Source: Methanochimaera problematica (GTDB lineage: Archaea > Halobacteriota > Methanomicrobia > Methanomicrobiales > Methanomicrobiaceae). From it: 64,000 nt of DNA. A model generated the notes under the pieces. The model was not told the DNA's origin. It made no database searches and worked only from the letters and a program-made list of their open reading frames with translations. The stretch is taken from the NCBI RefSeq assembly GCF_032878975.1, contig NZ_CP043875.1, forward strand, positions 734,370 through 798,369, read 5' to 3'. Of the stretch, positions 30,855 to 39,402 are shown one piece after another (position 1 is the first letter of the stretch; every line of letters begins with the position of its first letter). The translations under genes were made by a program, and so were the position numbers.

Positions 30855-31391
30855 ATGGCTGATATGAGAGATCGCGTTAAAAAGGACCGTGGTCTGATAA
30901 AAAATATTGAACTTGCAATTCCTGGTTTTCGTGGTTACAGAAAACGGGAGGATTTACGCATTGCTGACAGCATGCTCCGCCTTCAACTTGCAGACAAACT
31001 AAAAGAAGAAGTAAAACTTCCTTTGGAGGGTGCAAAGGAGGCAGTTGCAAAGGCGCTCAATCTTGATATGATGAATGATATTAGCGATCTTGTTTCAAAG
31101 GTTGATACTCTTGAAGCAAAAATCAGGCATGCAGAACAGGGTTATTCCGGAATATCCCCAAATTACAGAATAGGAGAGGACCAGCTTAATGTTCTATATG
31201 AATATGACTGGAGTATGATCAATATTGTTCACGATTTGGCAGATGATTCTCAGAATATTCTTTCAAGTGCTGAGTTTGAGGATTTTTCAGGTATGAAATC
31301 CGAATGTATTAAAGTGAAGAAAAAAGTTCTTGAATTTGGAAAAACCTTCAGGGACAGACACAATACAATGGCAGACCTGGGAGCTTTTTAG
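30855..31391 (+). CDS. Coiled-coil protein of unknown function (possible PspA/ESCRT-III-like partner, unverified)
   Basis: Predicted helical and charged. It is preceded by a GGAGG SD and ends 1 nt before the SPFH gene. Confidence 0.5.
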   Translation: MADMRDRVKKDRGLIKNIELAIPGFRGYRKREDLRIADSMLRLQLADKLKEEVKLPLEGAKEAVAKALNLDMMNDISDLVSKVDTLEAKIRHAEQGYSGISPNYRIGEDQLNVLYEYDWSMINIVHDLADDSQNILSSAEFEDFSGMKSECIKVKKKVLEFGKTFRDRHNTMADLGAF

Positions 31392-32609
31392 ATGGGATTT
31401 TTTAAGAAAAGACCGGATTATCATGGCGGTGATGACATTGCTGGTGCTGATTCAAGAAAAGGATTTTACTGGGTCGAAGAGAACAAAGGAGATAACCTGA
31501 TCTGGAGACTTCCTAGAAATGTCCGGTGGAATGACAATGTAATGGTCAGGGAAGATGAATATGGTATTTTTTTCCGTGACGGAAAAGCAATGCAGGTATT
31601 TGATCGTCCTGACAGGTATGCACTTACATCTCAGAACATCACAGGTCTTCAGACCCTTAGCAAATCCGTTGTTGGTGTTGCACAGATTGGTGAGTTTTAC
31701 TGGGCTCAGAAGCGTGAATTCCGTTCAAATTTTGGAACATCAGAGCCACTGAGTTTTCGTGATACTGATTTTGGTGTTGTAAGACTTCGTGTGTTTGGTC
31801 AGTATGCCTACAAAGTTGAAGACCCGATGCTTTTAATCACACAATTTGTGGGAACAAAAGGTATCACAAAGTCTGATGAGATAATTGACTGGCTTAAAGA
31901 CCAGATTGTAATGATCTTAAATGACACTCTTGGGGAGCTTAAATCAAAGCAGAGCATGGGTGTTCTGGATATGCCCGCATATCTTCAGGAGATTGAACAG
32001 ATCTGCATCACAAAGCTTACTGGTGAAACTGAAAGATATGGCCTTAAAGTAACCAAATTTTCAGGTCTTAACATAAATCTGCCGGAAGAGGTTCAGCAGG
32101 CAGTTGACAAGAGAGGCGCAATGTCAGCACTTGGTGTCAATTATATGCAGTATCAGACTGGAAAAGCAATTGAAAATATTGGAGAAGGTGCTGCACAGGG
32201 TCCTGGAGAAGGTGCCGGTTTTGCAACAATGGGTGCAGGAATGGGCGCCGGTTTCTCAATGGCAAATGTAATGGGTCAGTCTATGGGTGGCGGTATGGGA
32301 GGCGTGCCATCTGCATTTGGAGCACAAAATAATCAGCAGCCACAGCAGCCGGTTCAATCTCAGGGCACTCCTTGTATAAAATGCGGACACCAGCTTACCC
32401 CCGGAGCAAAGTTTTGCCCTAATTGTGGTGCATCACAGGCTCCTGCAACAGTGAAATGTCCAAAATGCAACGGTGATGTTTTAGAAGGTGCTAAATTCTG
32501 TTCTAATTGTGGAAACCCGATGGTTGCAAATAAATGCAGCAATTGTGGTGAAGATTTAGATCCCGGAACCAAATTCTGCTCAGGCTGTGGAAATCCGGTT
32601 GAAAAATAA
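31392..32609 (+). CDS. SPFH/Band-7 family protein with C-terminal triple zinc ribbon (COG4260, B. subtilis YdjI-like)
   Basis: The N-terminal ~270 aa is SPFH-like. It is followed by a Gly/Ala/Met-rich low-complexity linker and then three CxxC-x10-CxxC ribbons (CIKCGH...CPNCG; CPKCNG...CSNCG; CSNCGE...CSGCG). Confidence 0.7.
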   Translation: MGFFKKRPDYHGGDDIAGADSRKGFYWVEENKGDNLIWRLPRNVRWNDNVMVREDEYGIFFRDGKAMQVFDRPDRYALTSQNITGLQTLSKSVVGVAQIGEFYWAQKREFRSNFGTSEPLSFRDTDFGVVRLRVFGQYAYKVEDPMLLITQFVGTKGITKSDEIIDWLKDQIVMILNDTLGELKSKQSMGVLDMPAYLQEIEQICITKLTGETERYGLKVTKFSGLNINLPEEVQQAVDKRGAMSALGVNYMQYQTGKAIENIGEGAAQGPGEGAGFATMGAGMGAGFSMANVMGQSMGGGMGGVPSAFGAQNNQQPQQPVQSQGTPCIKCGHQLTPGAKFCPNCGASQAPATVKCPKCNGDVLEGAKFCSNCGNPMVANKCSNCGEDLDPGTKFCSGCGNPVEK

Positions 32610-32665
32610 TAAATTACATTTTAATTTTTTTAAGAAAAATAAAATAAAAATTTAAGGCCTTTTAA

Positions 32666-32857
32666 TTAGTCATCATCAGAGTCTGAATCTCCGTAATCAT
32701 CAGACTCTGTTATTTCATGATAGCTTTCTTCTACTGAATCATCATAATCATTCAAAATTTCAGGATTTTCATTTTCATAGCGGTTTTCATTATAATTTCT
32801 TGAACTACCCTGTCCAACAGAAATTTTAATACTCTTGAGAATATCCATAAGTCCCAT
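32666..32857 (-). CDS. Hypothetical small acidic protein
   Basis: A 63 aa ORF with an extreme D/E/S/Y-rich tail. It could be non-coding. Confidence 0.25.
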   Translation of the reverse strand: MGLMDILKSIKISVGQGSSRNYNENRYENENPEILNDYDDSVEESYHEITESDDYGDSDSDDD

Positions 32858-32987
32858 AATATATTGGTTATATATGAATAATATTTAATATTTGTGAAAA
32901 ATATTTGTCAAATGTTTTTATTACTTTGAAAGATTAACCAATATCTAAGAATATTTATGAATACTGATTTTACCGGAGTTATATGAA

Positions 32988-33569
32988 ATGAATGATGATG
33001 ATTCTAAAACAGTAAAGTGGACTCGGAAAATTCCACTGACGACAAACACATATGTCCTGAAACAGCTTTTTATTGTGCTTATCATTGCAATGGTTCCTTT
33101 GTTTTTGCTTTTGGTAATTCTGGATCCTGATATGTTATTTGAAATAATTCAGATTGTAGGACTTGTATTTGGAATAATGGTTGTTTTAGCAGTCATTTCT
33201 TTGATTTTGTTGCAGGTTACAACCCGTGGGGGAATTGAAGCAACTTTTACTCTGAATGGAAAAAGTATGCTATATGAGGCAGGGAAAAATTCAAAGTCTC
33301 TCAACAGGTTTACAGCAGCGGGTGCTATCCTTGCCGGTTCTCCTTCTGCACTTGGAGGGAGTCTGATCAATATTTCAAGAGAAACGGAGTCTATGAAATG
33401 GAGAGAGGTACATAAGGTTACTGCTTATGATTCCCAAAAGACAATTGTGGCGGGCCGTAAAAATATGATTAGTCCGATGGGACTTTTCTGTACTGATGAA
33501 AATTATGAAGAAGTGATTAATTTCGTAGAAACTCATATTCCATCAAATGTAATTCTAATTAGGAAATAA
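32988..33569 (+). CDS. Hypothetical membrane protein
   Basis: Two N-terminal TM helices plus a soluble C-terminal domain. Confidence 0.45.
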   Translation: MNDDDSKTVKWTRKIPLTTNTYVLKQLFIVLIIAMVPLFLLLVILDPDMLFEIIQIVGLVFGIMVVLAVISLILLQVTTRGGIEATFTLNGKSMLYEAGKNSKSLNRFTAAGAILAGSPSALGGSLINISRETESMKWREVHKVTAYDSQKTIVAGRKNMISPMGLFCTDENYEEVINFVETHIPSNVILIRK

Positions 33570-33666
33570 TTTTTATATTAAAATTATTTTCCTGCTTTTA
33601 ATCCCGGATTTTAAAGGGAAAGTAATTAAAAAACAGATATTTTTATCAGATTATTCTATTTTGAAT

Positions 33667-34269
33667 CTAAAGCATGCCAATGAAATTTTCAAGAATTTTT
33701 AGGCCGGTCTCCCCACTTTTTTCCGGATGAAACTGTGTACCGTATGCATTTTTGTTCCGGACAGATGAGGAAAAGCTACAGATGTAATCTGTTGATGTCA
33801 GGGTGTATTCAGGAAATGTGTCTGCATAGAATGAATGAACGAAATATACATAGCTCCCGTCTTTAATACCTTCAAATAGAGGATCATCTTGTGTAATTGT
33901 AATATTGTTCCACCCCATATGTGGAATCTTATATCCTTCTTTTACGGGAAACTGCCTGACTTTACCGGGAACAAGTCCCAGACCTTCATGAATGCCGTAT
34001 TCCTCACTCACTTCAAGAAGCATCTGCATCCCAAGGCATATTCCCAATACGGGAGAGGATTGGACATAATCAAAGAGAGCTGATTTCATCTCTTTTAATT
34101 TATCCATACCTTCGGAAAAGGCACCAACTCCCGGAAGTACAACACCGTCTGCCGATTGCATTAATTCAATATCGGATGTAATAAAAGAACTTGCACCTGC
34201 TTTTTCAAGTCCTTTTTTGACACTCCTTAAATTTCCCAGACCATAATCAAGTATAGCTACTTGTGTCAT
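33667..34269 (-). CDS. hisH: Imidazole glycerol phosphate synthase, glutamine amidotransferase subunit
   Basis: Class-I GATase triad motifs (GICLGMQ, HSF, QFHPEKSG) and ~200 aa size. Confidence 0.85.
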   Translation of the reverse strand: MTQVAILDYGLGNLRSVKKGLEKAGASSFITSDIELMQSADGVVLPGVGAFSEGMDKLKEMKSALFDYVQSSPVLGICLGMQMLLEVSEEYGIHEGLGLVPGKVRQFPVKEGYKIPHMGWNNITITQDDPLFEGIKDGSYVYFVHSFYADTFPEYTLTSTDYICSFSSSVRNKNAYGTQFHPEKSGETGLKILENFIGML

Positions 34270-35653
34270 CTTCTCCGCCCCTTTTTCTCCATTCTGCGTT
34301 TGTCCACCAGTCTTCCGGCAGGTTGTTTTTATCCATCCATGTATGCAGTTTTTCTTCCCACATTTCCCATAGTTTTGGGTACTGCTCTTTTATGATTTCA
34401 AATGTTGCAAGATCACTTGAAGGACACATGAAACATCCTATTCTGTCTATTCTCTGTTCATAAAGAATATTATATGGTGCTTTCTCTCTGAAAAGATATA
34501 AAAATACATGAAGTGCTGTCCAGTGTTGAATTGGTGCAGCTGAAAGCTGAACCTGAACCTTATAATTCCTCCACACTCTTGGGCTTTTCATTCTCGCGAG
34601 TGATTCGTATTTTCTCTGACCGATAAATGAAAGGCATTCTCCCCATTTTTCTTCGATTATTCTTTTGACCGGCATTAGTTTACATACGCTGCAGCACCAT
34701 CTGACATCAACTGCCGGAGGACCCTGAATTTCAAGATTGTCCCAGAATTCCTGTCCTGCACCGGTATGAATAATTTCAAGATCATATTCGCGTACAACAT
34801 CCTCAACATTTTTATAGGTTTCAGGAAATTCAAGTTCAGTGTCTGAAAAAAGAATTGGGGTTTTTCCAATTGCTTTTAATACAACTAAAAGAGTCGCAAG
34901 ACTGTCTTTTCCACCTGAATATGAAACATTGCGTGGAAGATCGGGATTTTTATCAACGACCGATCTAACAAATCTGACTGCCTCGTTTTCAACATTTTCA
35001 AGGATATTGTTGTTAGACAAAACAGCATTGTCCCAGGTGGACTCGCCCTTTATGCAGATTCCTTTTTTTGGTTTTCTTGTCCTGACAATTGAACCCCTTT
35101 CCATTTTTTCAGCATCGGCAGCATCTTCACGTGCACGGCCGACACCAATGCAGTTTCCTTCCCTGTCAAGAATGAATACCTCATCCCCTGCTCTGACATC
35201 TGACTGGATTTCAACAAGGCCTGGTGCAAGAAGACTCGAACCGTTCATTATAGATTCAATTGCACCGTCGTCTGCCACAACATATCTTTTAAGGGGTTTT
35301 GAGTATTTTGCTGCATGAATTCTTGGAAGTATTTCCCATTTTTTTTCTTCAGGGAGATATCTGTAAGCACAGACAACGGAGCCTCCCATTATAACTTCTT
35401 CCATACGGTCTTTGTCCGGTATTTTGTTTAATACCGCTACGTGACCTTCAGGTATGAGGATTGTTCCAAAATGTTCTTCATAGAGTTTATTTATGTGATC
35501 AATGTCTGCTTTGAATGCAGGCCTGATATCCCCCGGGGGAGTTATGGGAACTTCTCTTGTCTGTGCCCCGCATGAGCACTTTTTGCCAAGTACGGGTGTA
35601 TGGCACTCATCGCACCAGTTTAGGACTAGTTTTCCAAGAAATGCTTTAGACAT
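34247..35653 (-). CDS. Zn-ribbon-PUA-PAPS reductase-like (PP-loop ATP pyrophosphatase) protein
   Basis: An N-terminal CDECH...CSCG ribbon, a PUA-like middle region, and a PP-loop (SYSGGKDS) PAPS-reductase family domain. Confidence 0.65.
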   Translation of the reverse strand: MSKAFLGKLVLNWCDECHTPVLGKKCSCGAQTREVPITPPGDIRPAFKADIDHINKLYEEHFGTILIPEGHVAVLNKIPDKDRMEEVIMGGSVVCAYRYLPEEKKWEILPRIHAAKYSKPLKRYVVADDGAIESIMNGSSLLAPGLVEIQSDVRAGDEVFILDREGNCIGVGRAREDAADAEKMERGSIVRTRKPKKGICIKGESTWDNAVLSNNNILENVENEAVRFVRSVVDKNPDLPRNVSYSGGKDSLATLLVVLKAIGKTPILFSDTELEFPETYKNVEDVVREYDLEIIHTGAGQEFWDNLEIQGPPAVDVRWCCSVCKLMPVKRIIEEKWGECLSFIGQRKYESLARMKSPRVWRNYKVQVQLSAAPIQHWTALHVFLYLFREKAPYNILYEQRIDRIGCFMCPSSDLATFEIIKEQYPKLWEMWEEKLHTWMDKNNLPEDWWTNAEWRKRGGEDDTSSYT

Positions 35654-35806
35654 TTGTTCTGATAAATTTGAATATAATCTGATAAATAGATACGTGATTT
35701 CATAAAAATTAAAAATTGATTGATTTGTAATTCTGTCTCATTTTTTCAGGTTGTAGTGTTTAAGTATAAATATATTACATCAGATCCAAGATTTATATTG
35801 ATATAA

Positions 35807-36835
35807 ATGTCAGGTGGAAAAGAGATAAAAAAAGCACTTGAGGATATTGTAGACCGGGATTATACTTTTATGCATATCTGCGGGACGCATGAGGCGGCTA
35901 TTGCAAAATCCGGCCTGCGCAGTATTCTTCCAAAAGGACTGAAAATTGTAATGGGTCCGGGCTGTCCTGTCTGTATAACTCCGCAGGGTGAAATAGATGC
36001 TGCACTGGAACTTGCAGAAAAGGATTGTATAATCGCAACATATGGTGATTTGATGCGTGTTCCGGGAACAAAGGGTTCCCTTGATTCAAGCGGTAAAGAC
36101 GTTCGTGTTGTGCAGGGTATTCATAAAGCAGTTGAAATTGCGAAAGAAACGGACCGTGAGGTTGTTTTCATATCTGTTGGTTTTGAAACAACAGCGCCTA
36201 CGGTTGCTGCGACCCTTCTTACAAATCCTCCTGACAACTTTAGCATCCTTTGTTCACACAGATTCGTTCCGCCTGCAATGAAATTTTTACTAGAACAGGG
36301 TGAAGCCCAGCTTGACGGATTCATGCTTCCTGGTCATGTTTGTGTAGTTACCGGTTATGAGATGTATGAACAGTTCAAAGTCCCACAGGTCGTTGCAGGT
36401 TTTGAACCTGAAGACATCCTTCTTGGTCTTTACATGCTTGTAAAGCAGTCAAAAGAAGGGAGAGGGGAGGTAGAAAATGCATATCCGCGTGCAGTATGCC
36501 GTGAAGGGAACAAAAAAGCTATGGAAATGCTTTATCAGGTTTTTGAACCCTGTGATGTGGAGTGGAGGGGTTTTCCTGTAATTCCTGATTCCGGGCTTAA
36601 ATTAAAACCTGAGTTTGAAAAATATGATGCATTGAAGAAATTTGGCGTTGAAATAAAGCATGTCGAAAAGCATTCTGCATGTATCTGTGATAAGGTTTTA
36701 AGGGGTATTGCAGAGCCTGCAGACTGCAAATTATTTGGAAAAGCATGTACTCCAAGAAAACCGGTTGGCCCGTGCATGGTCAGCCATGAAGGTGCATGCA
36801 AGATCTGGGCATTGTATAACCAGAAAAAATTATGA
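35807..36835 (+). CDS. hypD: [NiFe]-hydrogenase maturation factor HypD
   Basis: The conserved CGxH, GPGCPVC and FETT motifs and the C-terminal Cys cluster (CxxC...CxxC). Confidence 0.85.
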   Translation: MSGGKEIKKALEDIVDRDYTFMHICGTHEAAIAKSGLRSILPKGLKIVMGPGCPVCITPQGEIDAALELAEKDCIIATYGDLMRVPGTKGSLDSSGKDVRVVQGIHKAVEIAKETDREVVFISVGFETTAPTVAATLLTNPPDNFSILCSHRFVPPAMKFLLEQGEAQLDGFMLPGHVCVVTGYEMYEQFKVPQVVAGFEPEDILLGLYMLVKQSKEGRGEVENAYPRAVCREGNKKAMEMLYQVFEPCDVEWRGFPVIPDSGLKLKPEFEKYDALKKFGVEIKHVEKHSACICDKVLRGIAEPADCKLFGKACTPRKPVGPCMVSHEGACKIWALYNQKKL

Positions 36836-36977
36836 TAAAATATAATTTTTAAATATTATTTGGATACAATTACAAATAATTAATAAATAGTGCCTGACTT
36901 CAAATATTTTTTTTAAATTCGGATTTGATTGAGATTCTATATATAATGAATCAGACAAATTAGTAATGTAATATTTT

Positions 36978-37049
36978 GCCCCGATAGGGTAGTGGATATC
37001 CTAGAAGCCTCCGGAGCTTTTGACCCGGGTTCAAGTCCCGGTCGGGGCG
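36978..37049 (+). tRNA. tRNA-Arg (anticodon CCG)
   Basis: GCCCCGATAGGGTAGTGGATATCCTAGAAGCCTCCGGAGCTTTTGACCCGGGTTCAAGTCCCGGTCGGGGCG. The anticodon loop is CTCCGGA and the T-arm is CCGGGTTCAAGTCCCGG. Confidence 0.8.
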
Positions 37050-37449
37050 TGTTTATCCTAATTACGTAATCCCTTTTTTGATTCTAATGATTTTAAGGAG
37101 ATATTTGTTTACTATAAGAATATATTATTTATGATATTACGATTGTAAATTGTTGTATTTTTAACTGACACCTATATCTAATTTTATTGAGCCCACCAAT
37201 AGCTCCAATACGCCATTTTAATAGTCTTTTTTTGATTTTAAGAAAGGTTCAGATTTTTTGAGATATTCTGCTGAAAACTGAAAACAAATTAAAAACAAAT
37301 ACCAATATTATAGATGTATATGGACTATCTCCTCAAAGTGTTTTTGAATTGATAAAAGAAAATTGGTTATGTTCTTTAATATCTTCCATAATATCAATTG
37401 TAGCTGTAATTTTTATAAGTGATGTATTAACAAAATTTATAGGACCATT

Positions 37450-38406
37450 TTAACTGGCTTTTGTATATGCTTTACAGTAGTTCTTCATTGGACATTCGTC
37501 ATATAATTTTGTACAAATCCCAGGTTGGTCATTTTTAATGTCATTAATTGTAATTAATTTTGTTCCTATTTGATATGTAATAGAATTTTGAAAACAAATA
37601 TCTACATTTTGCAAATCAAAATTTATTAATTTTAATCCGATTTTTCCAAATTCGAATAAAAATTTATTGAACTCAGAAAAAATTATATCAATATGATTAT
37701 CAATATTATCAATTTCTATTTTTACACGACCACTGACAGTATCCTTTTCAAATTTTATGTGATCTTTAATATTATCTACATTTTTATTGGATGGAACTCC
37801 TTTCCGTTTGTTATATATTTGATTTAGATAACCTGGTTTCCCATCTTTTGAAAAAAATAAAAAACCAAATAATGAATGTGTCGCTTCTGTTCTTATCCAA
37901 TGAACTTCATCGTACCAATCTGTTATTTTCATGAGATGACAAAAGTCATCATCTATCATAATTTTTTCAGATAAGATTTCTGATCTCAATTTAGAAAATT
38001 TGGAAGTTAAATTCATTTTAGGATAAATTAATTTAATTATCATTGCGAGACTTTCACAAAAACTGTAGATACAATTCATGAAGGTTTCATATTTCAAAGT
38101 AAGTGCAATTAGATATTGAGTGGAACGAATTTTAATATCATCGCAATACTCCTTCCAGTAAATATCGATTAAATTTTTTAATTCTTCAAATGCAATTCTA
38201 ATCGCATTATATTTATCTTGAATTGTTTGTGACCAGTTAGTAGCATCTTTGATATGTGAGAATTGAATGGGGAAGTATCTTAAAAACAGCTCTAAATCTG
38301 TGTATTTTTCAGTTCTAATTGGAAAATTATTTACAATAAATTTTCCCTTGCAAAAAAAACCATTTCGTTCTTTATCATAAATCATATTTATTCCTTTAAG
38401 AATCAT
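37450..38406 (-). CDS. Hypothetical protein in an AT-rich islet, with a single Rx4H (RTEATH) HEPN-like motif
   Basis: A 318 aa ORF with very low GC. An RTEATH motif sits at about residues 172-177. No other recognisable domain. Confidence 0.45.
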   Translation of the reverse strand: MILKGINMIYDKERNGFFCKGKFIVNNFPIRTEKYTDLELFLRYFPIQFSHIKDATNWSQTIQDKYNAIRIAFEELKNLIDIYWKEYCDDIKIRSTQYLIALTLKYETFMNCIYSFCESLAMIIKLIYPKMNLTSKFSKLRSEILSEKIMIDDDFCHLMKITDWYDEVHWIRTEATHSLFGFLFFSKDGKPGYLNQIYNKRKGVPSNKNVDNIKDHIKFEKDTVSGRVKIEIDNIDNHIDIIFSEFNKFLFEFGKIGLKLINFDLQNVDICFQNSITYQIGTKLITINDIKNDQPGICTKLYDECPMKNYCKAYTKAS

Positions 38407-38424
38407 AATATATGGATTTTTATA

Positions 38425-38601
38425 TTCAGATTAGCAATTTAATATCCTATCAACCTCTTTCAACAAATTTCGATGTATTATTTGCTTTAAAAGGTTCTCA
38501 TTTGCGGATTTAAAGACATTTGTTGAACTTTCCTCAAATTCATCTTTAATCATTTCAACACTCAGACAATTCTCATAATTTTCATTTTTGTCCTGTTTCA
38601 T
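38425..38601 (-). CDS. Hypothetical ~58 aa acidic protein (not in the ORF track, short)
   Basis: The ATG overlaps the upstream TGA (ATGA). The frame reads MKQDKNENYENCLSVEMIKDEFEESSTNVFKSANENLLKQIIHRNLLKEVDRILNC. Confidence 0.3.
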
Positions 38602-38972
38602 AATTTTTTTAAGACCTCTTGATGAATTCCACAGACGATAGGCACCGCGACCCAGTGAAAAAGTCCCCTATGGGTTCCGTCAGGCATCTTCTTAACTCCC
38701 CTTCTTCCTTTTACAGTTTTGAATTTTTTAAATACCTGAGAGTGAAAGACAAGATAGGCAGGACTTAACATAACGTCAGTATAATTTTTATTATCAAAGG
38801 AATTTTCAAAGATTATGGATTTTCCCATATATTTGAAAATATATTGTGTTAAGTAGTCAAGTTTTTTAGATTCCACTTCTGAATTATGAGAGCCTAACTT
38901 TAAACCATGTTCCTTAGATGGAGCCCCATATTTCTTCGCCCATAAATTTTGTAATCTCTCTTCATACGGCAT
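38598..38972 (-). CDS. Hypothetical 124 aa basic protein in the AT-rich islet
   Basis: An ORF that is the first of three co-directional overlapping ORFs. Confidence 0.4.
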   Translation of the reverse strand: MPYEERLQNLWAKKYGAPSKEHGLKLGSHNSEVESKKLDYLTQYIFKYMGKSIIFENSFDNKNYTDVMLSPAYLVFHSQVFKKFKTVKGRRGVKKMPDGTHRGLFHWVAVPIVCGIHQEVLKKL

Positions 38973-39402
38973 GAAATCTTTCTTTGAAATATCATCATAT
39001 GCAGACGAGTATAAACAGATTGTATTTGAGGTTCTACAATTCAGAAATATGATACATTCCTTCTTATCTTATTCCTGATAAGAAGAGAAGACTTCCAAAA
39101 TCCATTTTTAGGATAATATTTAGTATAATCCAAGAATATCTTCTATAGAGAGACCCTTCCCAACTTTACTTCGGGCATCATTTGAATCATGACAGTTTGT
39201 AAGGGTAAACAGTGACAATGGCTAGGATTTTTTTTGACATTCATCAAGAAGATGCAATTTAGCCTGTCCTGCCTTCATGCATTCCGGTTTCAATCGGTGT
39301 ATGCAGGTCATGTTTAAAGGATAGGAGAATGTCAATTATTGTAAAATTAGATACCTAATCAATTTAAAAGGTTTTTTATATAGTTGAATACTTTTTTAAA
39401 GT

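Noticed and set aside
30855-31391. Calling the 178 aa coiled-coil protein PspA/Vipp1
   Set aside because: It is shorter than typical PspA and I cannot recognise the conserved PspA N-terminal amphipathic helix by eye. I keep it only as a hypothesis to test structurally.
32666-32857. Acidic 63 aa ORF as an antitoxin/chaperone-like protein of the SPFH module
   Set aside because: It is on the opposite strand downstream of the module and its composition is extremely biased (D/S/Y tail). It may not be coding at all, so I kept it only as a low-confidence CDS.
36978-39402. Classical integrative element (integrase + att direct repeats) at tRNA-Arg
   Set aside because: No integrase or recombinase ORF and no obvious duplicate of the tRNA 3' end was seen by eye. 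I therefore report only a compositional islet and not a defined mobile element.
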